A DNA stretch of 15,861 bases from positions 1 through 15,861 of the forward strand of contig QHTZ01000059.1 of assembly GCA_003221005.1 (NCBI GenBank). Reading direction: 5' to 3'. The notes beneath the pieces were generated by a model that worked only from the letters and a program-made list of their open reading frames with translations, was not told the origin of the DNA and made no database searches. The position numbers and the translations under genes are program-made. The first letter of the stretch is position 1. The number at the start of each line of letters is the position of its first letter. This document shows positions 1-6,665 of this stretch, piece by piece. This DNA comes from Gemmatimonadota bacterium. GTDB lineage: Bacteria; Gemmatimonadota; Gemmatimonadetes; Gemmatimonadales; GWC2-71-9.

Positions 1-1
1 C

Positions 2-1144
2 GGCTACCAGCTCTGGGCGGCGCGATTCGAAGAACCGATACAGAACCGGTTCGCCTTGGAGGATCGCGTGGCGCGCGGCATCGTCTCGGCGCTCGAGTTG
101 CCCCTCAGCGCCTCGGAGGAACGCGCCCTCCGCGCAATCCCCACCAAGAATCTCGAGGCATACGACTACTACCTTCGCGGGAAGATCCGACTGCGCCGTG
201 AAAACCGGGAGGACGATTCGGTCGCGATCACGCTGCTCGAGCGAGCGGCAGCGCTCGATCCGGACTTCGCGGCGGCACACGCAGAGTTGGCCCGCGCCTA
301 CGTCCTGCGAGTCGAACAGTTCGTGTGGCGCGACACAGCGGTCATCGAACGGGCCTGGGTGGCGACGGAAAAGGCGCTGCGCCTCGACCCGGAACTTGCG
401 GAAGCTCACTTCGCTCGAGGCGCTCTGCTGTCCGGCCTGTCGGGCCGGTTGGCGCCCGAGCCGGCCGTGGGGGAATATCGCCGCGCTTTGGAGCTCAACC
501 CGAACCTGGCCCAGGCGCATCACGGCCTCGGTACCATCTACCTGCACCTCGGGCTCCTCGACAAAGCCGTTGACGAATTTCGCAGCACGCTCGCCATCGA
601 TCCGGGCAACTACGGCGCCACGCGGCGCATCGGCCTCGCCCTCGTATACCAGGGGCGATACGAGGACGGCCTACGCCTGATCCGCCAAGTCCCGCCCCAG
701 TCCAACCAATCCCTCTGGAACTATCAGGTTGCCTGGGCCCTGCTCTATCTCGGCAGGAACGACGAAGCGACCACGCTCATGGAGCGCTACCTGAGGGTGC
801 ACCCGGATGACCCCGGTGGCGTAGTCACGAGCACGCGCGCCGTGCTGTTCGCCAAGGCGGGAGATGCGGCGCGGGCGGAGGAGGATGTCCGGACCGCCCT
901 CGTGAAGGGAAAGGGATACGTCCATTTTCATCACACCGCGTACAACATCGCTTCCGTGTATGCCCTGCTGCACCAGCCGAGCCGCGCTCTCTACTGGCTC
1001 CGGCAGGCGGCGGAGACCGGCTGGCCCTGCTACCCCTACTTCGCGAGAGACCCGAATCTCGACAACATCCGGAGCGATCCGGGCTTCGTCGCCTTCATGC
1101 GGGAACTGAAGGCCCGATGGGCGCGGTACGGCGCGACGCTGTAA
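2..1144 (+). CDS. C-terminal part (end of TolB-like domain + TPR repeats) of a receptor paralog; 5' end lies outside the window
   Basis: Frame is open from base 2 (GYQLWAARFEEPIQNRFALED) and aligns with GNQLWADRFEDLTQNRFAIQD of the 8164..11319 protein. It has the NLEAYDYYLRG linker, TPR repeats (ALDPDFAAAHAELA, LELNPNLAQAHHGLG) and the shared tail HFHH...PCYP...DPNLDNIRSDPGF...ATL*. TTG 56 is not the real start. Confidence 0.9.
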   Translation, partial: GYQLWAARFEEPIQNRFALEDRVARGIVSALELPLSASEERALRAIPTKNLEAYDYYLRGKIRLRRENREDDSVAITLLERAAALDPDFAAAHAELARAYVLRVEQFVWRDTAVIERAWVATEKALRLDPELAEAHFARGALLSGLSGRLAPEPAVGEYRRALELNPNLAQAHHGLGTIYLHLGLLDKAVDEFRSTLAIDPGNYGATRRIGLALVYQGRYEDGLRLIRQVPPQSNQSLWNYQVAWALLYLGRNDEATTLMERYLRVHPDDPGGVVTSTRAVLFAKAGDAARAEEDVRTALVKGKGYVHFHHTAYNIASVYALLHQPSRALYWLRQAAETGWPCYPYFARDPNLDNIRSDPGFVAFMRELKARWARYGATL

Positions 1145-1155
1145 GCAGCGCCTGC

Positions 1156-1184
1156 TTGACATGCCAGCGCGTGAGCACAATGTT
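1156..1184 (+). promoter_or_regulatory. Possible sigma70-type promoter for the tlpA/beta-barrel operon
   Basis: Perfect -35 TTGACA at 1156-1161, followed after 16-17 nt by a weak -10 (CAATGT 1178-1183 or AATGTT 1179-1184). Confidence 0.35.
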
Positions 1185-1212
1185 GCTGTAGCCTAGTTCG
1201 AGGCAACGCGGC

Positions 1213-1253
1213 AGACGCCGAGCTCCCGACCCGGGAGCTCGGCGTCTTGCTTT
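1213..1253 (+). terminator. Perfect 16-bp hairpin with a short T-rich tail (terminator or attenuator)
   Basis: AGACGCCGAGCTCCCG-ACC-CGGGAGCTCGGCGTCT (1213-1247) followed by TGCTTT. Confidence 0.65.
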
Positions 1254-1264
1254 GGGGGGACCCA

Positions 1265-1768
1265 GTGCAGCTCGGTTCGCAGCTCTTCTCGATCGCCTTC
1301 GCGACGCTTCTCACCGCTGCAGGCCCGCTGTCGGCCCAGACGCTGGGATCGCCCGCGCCCGACTTCACCTTGAAGACGCTCGCCGGCGTCCGCGCGACCC
1401 TCGCCGACTATGCCGGGCGCCCTGTGTTCATCAACTTCTGGGCCTCCTGGTGCACGCCCTGTCGCGGGGAGATGTCCGACATCATCGCCGCGTACAACCT
1501 GCACCGGGATCAGCGACTGCAGGTGCTGGCGATCAACCTGACCGATCAGGAGCACATGAGCGACGTGCGAAGATTCGTGGACGAGTTCCAGATACCGTTC
1601 CCGGTGCTACTCGACCAGAGCGGGAAGGCCCGCAAGAGCTACGCGCTCCGCGGCGTGCCGACCTCGGTGTTCATCGATGCGCAGGGCATCGTGCGCCTTG
1701 TCAATCCCGGTCCCATCACGACGGCGACCATCCAGCGCGGGCTCGCTGCGATCCTACCCACGCCATAG
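1265..1768 (+). CDS. TlpA/ResA-family periplasmic thioredoxin-like disulfide reductase (167 aa)
   Basis: APDFTL, INFWASWCTPC (CxxC) and GVPTSVFID motifs; N-terminal signal peptide (...AGPLSA/Q). GTG 1265 follows a GGGGGA RBS-like sequence and is preferred over TTG 1247. Confidence 0.9.
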   Translation: MQLGSQLFSIAFATLLTAAGPLSAQTLGSPAPDFTLKTLAGVRATLADYAGRPVFINFWASWCTPCRGEMSDIIAAYNLHRDQRLQVLAINLTDQEHMSDVRRFVDEFQIPFPVLLDQSGKARKSYALRGVPTSVFIDAQGIVRLVNPGPITTATIQRGLAAILPTP

Positions 1769-1798
1769 CGAATCAAACACCGAACGGAGGACCTTTCC

Positions 1799-2893
1799 AT
1801 GTCGCTACCATCATTCGCCGTCTCAGTTCGCCGCCCGGCGGTCGTGCTCGCGATCGGCATCGGCCTCCTCGCGCTGCCACGGCAGTCGTTCGCCCAGGGC
1901 TGACCCCCGATCCGATTCACAACCCCCAGTTTGGGGGGACAAGGCGAATCCAAGCTGACCGATCTCGGGGCCCACGAATGGCGGGTCGCGGTCGGCTACC
2001 GCTATCTCCATGGAAATCAGTTTTTCCTGGGCGATCAAGTCAACAACAGCTTCGCCCCGTTCGGCGCCCCGATCATCTACCACATCCATTCGGCGGACGT
2101 CACCGTGACGTATGCCGCGACCGATCGATTCAGCCTGAACTTGACGGTTCCCGTGTTGGACGGAACGCAGTCCGCCGTTCGGGCCGACACTGTTCGCCAC
2201 GACGCCCACGCCGTTGGGCTCGGCGACATCAGTCTCGTCGGCAGCGCATGGTTGTTGAACCCCCGGACACATGCCAAAGGGAATGTCGCGCTCGGTCTCG
2301 GCGTGAAGGCGCCTACGGGGAGCAACAGGTACGCCGATAGCTTGTTCCGAGCCGATGGAAGCTGGATACAGTACCCGGTGGACCAATCGATCCAGCCTGG
2401 CGACGGCGGCTGGGGTGTCATCCTGCAGATGCAGGCCTTTCGACGATTGTTCGCCGGGGCCGTCGCCTACCTGGCAGGGGCCTACCTCGTCAGCCCGCGC
2501 GCGCTTAGCGACGTATCGAGGCCGGCGCCGAATAGTTCCGTCTACTGGTCTGTGCCGGACGTGTATTCAGCTCGCGTGGGGCTGATGTACTTGCTGTTGC
2601 CAACGCACGGCTTGTCCGTGAGCCTCGGCGGACGCATCGATGGCATTCCGTACCACGATCTCGTGGGCGGCGGCGACGCGGGCTTCCGGCGGCCCGGGCA
2701 CGTCGTGTTCCTGGATCCGGCCGTAGCGCTTACCCGGGGCAGGAGCACGTTCACCGTGAGCAGTCCGATCAGAGTGAGCGGGAGCTTGGCGGACAGTGCG
2801 ATGGTGCGGCCCAACGGGGTTCCGAGCCCCACGCGCTCCGCTGGCGACCTCGCCCGGATGCTGATCTTCGTGGGCTATTCGCGGCGGTTCTGA
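1799..2893 (+). CDS. Outer-membrane beta-barrel 'transporter' (Phenol_MetA_deg/SphA-like); 364 aa if the in-frame TGA at codon 35 is recoded, candidate selenoprotein
   Basis: GGAGG RBS at 1786-1790 and ATG 1799. Translation: MSLPSFAVSVRRPAVVLAIGIGLLALPRQSFA/QG-TGA(1901-1903)-PPIRFTTPSLGGQGE..., in frame with the 1931..2893 ORF. Amphipathic beta-strands, motifs GLGD, GVKAPTG, DQSIQPGDGGWG, SVPD, GFRRPG, and a C-terminal beta-signal YSRRF. Confidence 0.8.
1904..1938 (+). promoter_or_regulatory. Candidate bacterial SECIS element
   Basis: Stem-loop CCCCCA-GTT-TGGGGG (1923-1937). The loop G (1929, followed by U) lies after a 25-nt spacer from the TGA, which fits the general bacterial SECIS model: a small apical loop with G in the first positions, a short distance 3' of UGA. 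Confidence 0.55.
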
Positions 2894-2919
2894 CGGCCAT
2901 CGCCTGCCCTCGCAGCGAG

Positions 2920-2953
2920 GAGGCGTCGAAGCTGCGGAGAGCTTCGACGCCTC
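2920..2953. terminator. 14-bp perfect hairpin between convergent genes (probable bidirectional terminator)
   Basis: GAGGCGTCGAAGCT-GCGGAG-AGCTTCGACGCCTC, between the stops at 2893 (+) and 2965 (-). Confidence 0.7.
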
Positions 2954-2964
2954 TCGAGTATTGA

Positions 2965-4080
2965 TCATGCGCCGCGTTCGCACTGCGGGGCAACCGGATC
3001 GCCGTCCTCACCTTGGTCTTCTCCCGGCTCGTCTCCCGCTATGTCGGGCGGCCGCGGCGTGAAGACCTCCACCGAGTTGAGCGCGCTCGTGCCATCGAAG
3101 CCGCCGATGGCAAAGATCGTTCCGGCTCGCCCCACCGCCGCGGCGAGCGCTCCGCGGGGCGTGGCCAGCGGAGCCACGGGCGACCAAGTATCCGGCGAAG
3201 GATCGTACGCTTCCACTGCAGTCAATTCCTGGGTACCGGGAAATCCGACCGAGCCAACCGTGCCGCCCAGAGCGTAGATAATCCCACCTCGACCGAGCAC
3301 GGCGTCCAGAAATCGGCGCGCGGTCGGCATGCTCGCCACGGGCGTCCAGGTATCGGTGCACGGATCGTATGCGTCCACGGTCGTGACGGTAGTGACGCCG
3401 TTGATGCCGCCGATCGCGTAGATTCGGCCGTCCGGCGCCGTGACGGCTGAGAGCTTGCCCGCTCGAGGAGCAGGCAGCGGGGCGAGGTTGGTCCAGGTGT
3501 CGGTCGCCGGATCGTATGCCTCCACATTGCTGAGCTGCACGTTGCCGTTCGCGAATCCTCCAATGACGTAGATCCTGCCGTCCCGTCCAGTCGTCGCCGC
3601 TCCGCAACAGAGTGCTACCGGCAGCGGTGACACAGCGCTCCAGCTGTCGGTTGCCGGATCGTAGCGCTCGACGACGCTGCGGAACACACCCGCGAGCGCG
3701 CCGCCGATGGCATAGATACGTCCCGGCCGGTCGGTCGCCGCCATCAGGTAGCGGCGGGGCGTCGGCATCGGGGCCACCGGAGACCAGCTGCCGGTCTTCT
3801 GGTGGTATGCTTCCACTGTGGCAACGATGGGCCCCGCAAGACCAATCGAGCCGCCGAGCGCGTAGATGATGCCGTGCTTTCCGGTCGCCGCCGCGAGCCC
3901 GAAACGCGCCGTCGGCATGGACGCCACCGCTGTCCAGGTCCCGGTCGACCGGGCTGTTGCAACAGCGACGTCAGCCCGCGCGCGCGAGGCATTCGGACCA
4001 AGGGGCCCGCCATCGCGGTTACACGCTTGAACCAGCGCAATAGCGAGCGACAACTTCAGGATGCTGCGAAGCGGTTTCAT
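2965..4080 (-). CDS. Kelch-repeat (6-blade beta-propeller) lipoprotein (371 aa)
   Basis: AAAAGGAG RBS before ATG 4080; lipoprotein signal MKPLRSILKLSLAIALVQA/C. Six repeats of PTxR...IY(A/V)(I/L)GG...VE(A/R)YDP.TD.W and an acidic C-terminal tail. Confidence 0.9.
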   Translation of the reverse strand: MKPLRSILKLSLAIALVQACNRDGGPLGPNASRARADVAVATARSTGTWTAVASMPTARFGLAAATGKHGIIYALGGSIGLAGPIVATVEAYHQKTGSWSPVAPMPTPRRYLMAATDRPGRIYAIGGALAGVFRSVVERYDPATDSWSAVSPLPVALCCGAATTGRDGRIYVIGGFANGNVQLSNVEAYDPATDTWTNLAPLPAPRAGKLSAVTAPDGRIYAIGGINGVTTVTTVDAYDPCTDTWTPVASMPTARRFLDAVLGRGGIIYALGGTVGSVGFPGTQELTAVEAYDPSPDTWSPVAPLATPRGALAAAVGRAGTIFAIGGFDGTSALNSVEVFTPRPPDIAGDEPGEDQGEDGDPVAPQCERGA

Positions 4081-4161
4081 GACGCTACTCCTTTTCACAG
4101 GGCCCCTGATCCGCGAACCCATCCCGAGCCGGCGTGATTGCCGCTCGCAGACGTCACGGCT

Positions 4162-4223
4162 ACGTTAGGGCGACCGCACGCTGCGACGCGGCCGTCAGGC
4201 GACTGTGATGGGTCTGTGATGGG
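4162..4223. promoter_or_regulatory. Divergent promoter region 1: four 11-bp-phased repeats plus a leftward -10 element
   Basis: Cores GCGACG 4183, GTCAGG 4194, GTGATG 4205 and GTGATG 4216; CTGTGATGGG is an exact repeat at 4203 and 4214. TAACGT on the minus strand at 4167-4162. Confidence 0.6.
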
Positions 4224-4242
4224 AGCGTTATCAGGTGCCCAT

Positions 4243-6567
4243 GTGATCGAGCTTCGGCTGTTTGGTGGACTCGACCTGCGGCGGAGCGACGGGCGGGAGC
4301 TCGACTCCATCCTCACTCAGCCCAAGCGCATCGCCCTCCTGGCCTTCCTCGCCGCGGCCACTCCGTACCGCCTGCACCGGCGGGACACCCTACTCGGACT
4401 CTTCTGGCCGGAGCTCGACCAGGAACACGCGCGCGCCGCGCTCCGCCAGGCGCTCCACGGTCTGCGACAGGGTCTGGGCGCCGACGTGCTCACCAGCCGT
4501 GGCGATGAGGAAGTGGGCGTCGACGAGCAACGGCTGGGGTGTGACGTTCGCGCTTTCCAGCATGCCTTCGAGGCGAGTGACTGGGGCCACGCGCTCGAGC
4601 TCTACCGGGGCAGTCTGCTCGAAGGCTTCTTCCTCTCGGATTCGCCCGAATTCGAGCGCTGGCTGGAGGATGAGCGAGCGCGGTCGCGGAACCGAGCGTG
4701 CCAGGCCGCGTGGACGGTCGCGCAGCGCGGCAAGGCAGACGGCGATTTCGTGGTCGCCGCACATTGGGCGCGTCGCGCGGCGGCGCTCGTCCCCGGCGAT
4801 GAAGAGACGCTCCGCCGCTTGGTCGCGCTTCTGGACGATCTGGGCGACCGAGTGGGCGCCGTGCAGGTGTACGAAGAATTCGCGCGGCGTGTCGCCGTCG
4901 ACTGGCAGGTAGAGCCGGCCGCGGAGACCAAGGCGTTGATCGCTCTCGTGCGCTCGCGCGAGAGCGCGTCCCAGCCCGCGTTGCGCCCGGCTCCGGCATC
5001 CTTCACGGCGCCTCAGACCGCGGCACAGCCGCCCTCGGCCGTCTCCACCGAGCCGGCGGCACGGCGATTCACGCTACCGGGCAAGCGCTGGGTCGTTGGG
5101 ACCACCGGCCTAGCACTCTTGGCCGCTGTGATGGCGATCCGACACCAGCAAGCCAACGCACGCCTGAGCCGAGCGTCCGTGGGGATCGTCTCATTCGAAA
5201 ACCGCTCGGGGGACACGCTCGACGCGTACCTGGGTGCCGCGCTCACCGAGGACCTCACCCGCTCGCTCAGCGCCGCCCACCTCCTGCGCGTGTTCCGCGT
5301 GCCCCAAGCGCGCCTCGGCCTGGATTACATCCTGACCGGGAGCGTGAGGCACGCGCAGGACACCCTCGACGTCACGGCGCAACTCGAGCGCACCGGCTCC
5401 GGTGAGATCGTGTGGGCGACCCGGCTTGCTCTGCGGAGCCACGGGGCGATTACCGTCCCTCAGACGCTGACAAGTGGCGTTCTCCGCGCGCTGGGGGCCC
5501 CGGCCGGGGCTCCCACCGAGCGCCCCGCGCTGCCCCCCGATCCCGCCGCCTACGACCTGTTCTTGCGGGGCCGATACGAAGCCTCGAGGCGAACCGCACC
5601 CAGCCTCGGCCGAGCGGTGGCACTTTTGTCCGAGTCGATCCGCAGGGACTCCACCTTCGCTCCTGCGTGGGCCGGACTCGCTGCGGTGCTGCACAATGCG
5701 ACCCGGTGGGGTTCCCCGGTCCGCGGCGTCTCGCGAGAGAGTTTGCTGACGCGTGAGATCAGCGCGAGCGACCGTGCGCTCCAGCTGGACAGCACCGGCG
5801 TCGACGCATGGCTGACCCGCGCATCGGCGTCGGAAGACGTGGACCCCACCAGTCGCGGACCCGCGCTGCGAGCGATCCACCGGGCACTGGCCCTCGATTC
5901 GCTCAATGCTGAGGCCTGGGACCAGCTGGCAATGGCGTTTGAGGAGACCGGAAGTCGGGACAGCGCGGGAGCGGCGTGGCACCGGGCGATCGCCTTGGAT
6001 CCGGGATTCGTCCGGGCCAAGGCGTTCCTTGCTATCCACTACTGGTGGTGGCGTGCCTACGACAGCGCGGCCGCGTGGGCGGACAGCGCAGTGGCGACGG
6101 ACCCCCTGTACGGACTCGGGCGGGTCATCGCCGGCCAGGCTGCGCTGTCACGGGGCCGCCGCGACGAGGCGGAATCGCAGCTGGGCGCCGCCCGTCGCTT
6201 GCCCACCGGGCCTGGGAGCAACGGACTTTCGGGATTCGTCTCCCTGGCGGCCGCGGCCGGCGACACCTTTGGCGCACGCAGGCTTGTGGCCGAAGCCGAG
6301 GCCCGCACAGACTTCGCGGCGCCTGATAACCATAGCGCGGTCAACATCGCAGCCGCGTACGCAGTACTCGGCGGCGTCGACCGAGCGTTGGCGTGGCTCG
6401 AGCGCTATCGGCCGGCGCGCGACTTGCACTTCCAACTGCACTTGAGGCTCGACCCGCCACTTGATCCCCTCCGGCGCGAGCCTCGGTTCCAAGCGCTCCT
6501 ACTCAAGGGTCCCTTATTTCGCGCCCCACCGGAGGCTCCGCTCAAAAACGCAGCTGCAACTCGGTGA
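4243..6567 (+). CDS. SARP/BTAD-family transmembrane transcriptional regulator: wHTH-BTAD, TM, short TolB-like domain, TPR; no kinase (about 774 aa)
   Basis: IELRLFG...QPKRIALLAFLA...RRDTLLGLFWPELDQEHARAALRQAL (wHTH); LELYRGSLLEGF...EFERWLEDER (BTAD); Pro/Ala linker; TM WVVGTTGLALLAAVMAI; SVGIVSFENRSGD; DPAAYDLFLRG followed by TPRs. Start GTG 4243 chosen by alignment with the paralog starts MIELR; ATG 4219 is an alternative. Confidence 0.88.
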   Translation: MIELRLFGGLDLRRSDGRELDSILTQPKRIALLAFLAAATPYRLHRRDTLLGLFWPELDQEHARAALRQALHGLRQGLGADVLTSRGDEEVGVDEQRLGCDVRAFQHAFEASDWGHALELYRGSLLEGFFLSDSPEFERWLEDERARSRNRACQAAWTVAQRGKADGDFVVAAHWARRAAALVPGDEETLRRLVALLDDLGDRVGAVQVYEEFARRVAVDWQVEPAAETKALIALVRSRESASQPALRPAPASFTAPQTAAQPPSAVSTEPAARRFTLPGKRWVVGTTGLALLAAVMAIRHQQANARLSRASVGIVSFENRSGDTLDAYLGAALTEDLTRSLSAAHLLRVFRVPQARLGLDYILTGSVRHAQDTLDVTAQLERTGSGEIVWATRLALRSHGAITVPQTLTSGVLRALGAPAGAPTERPALPPDPAAYDLFLRGRYEASRRTAPSLGRAVALLSESIRRDSTFAPAWAGLAAVLHNATRWGSPVRGVSRESLLTREISASDRALQLDSTGVDAWLTRASASEDVDPTSRGPALRAIHRALALDSLNAEAWDQLAMAFEETGSRDSAGAAWHRAIALDPGFVRAKAFLAIHYWWWRAYDSAAAWADSAVATDPLYGLGRVIAGQAALSRGRRDEAESQLGAARRLPTGPGSNGLSGFVSLAAAAGDTFGARRLVAEAEARTDFAAPDNHSAVNIAAAYAVLGGVDRALAWLERYRPARDLHFQLHLRLDPPLDPLRREPRFQALLLKGPLFRAPPEAPLKNAAATR

Positions 6568-6633
6568 GCAGCTCGCCACGGCGAACTCCGGGGGACCCGA
6601 GCTTGCCCGACACGTAGTCCACGTCGGTTTCAT
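6542..6633 (-). pseudogene. Deletion remnant of a porin-like outer-membrane protein gene
   Basis: Strong RBS AAGGAGG then ATG AAA CCG at 6633, just downstream of the 6666 stop. A shifted frame then reads DVDYVSGKLGSPGVRRGELLTELQLRF-TGA(6544-6542), with mostly G/C third positions and a beta-barrel-type C-terminus. Confidence 0.55.
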
Positions 6634-6665
6634 GTGTTCCTCCTTCAGTCCTAGTTCGGCGCCGC

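Noticed and set aside
1161-1196. Tiny ORFs MPAREHNVAVA* and MLL*, and a GTTCGA T-loop-like word just downstream, as a possible leader peptide or tRNA/tmRNA fragment
   Set aside because: No RBS, no cloverleaf or CCA end, and too short to separate from chance.
1931-1933. TTG start for the beta-barrel given by the ORF track
   Set aside because: No RBS or signal peptide, and it lies inside the SECIS-like hairpin. ATG 1799 has both an RBS and a signal peptide.
1252-2340. 362-aa + strand ORF spanning tlpA and the barrel gene
   Set aside because: Arg/Pro-rich shadow frame typical of high-GC DNA, overlapping two well-supported genes.
3050-3935. Recurring DNA words such as CCGGATCGTA and CGCCGCCGAT as a possible CRISPR or tandem repeat
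   Set aside because: They are the coding periodicity of the Kelch repeats (YDP and IGG motifs).
6514-6633. 39-aa Cys-rich peptide MKPTWTTC...SCSPSCSC...GAK as a possible RiPP or metal-binding peptide
   Set aside because: It has a good RBS, but the alternative frame has better codon usage and a porin-like ending, so it is best explained as an out-of-frame deletion product. No modifying enzymes are nearby.
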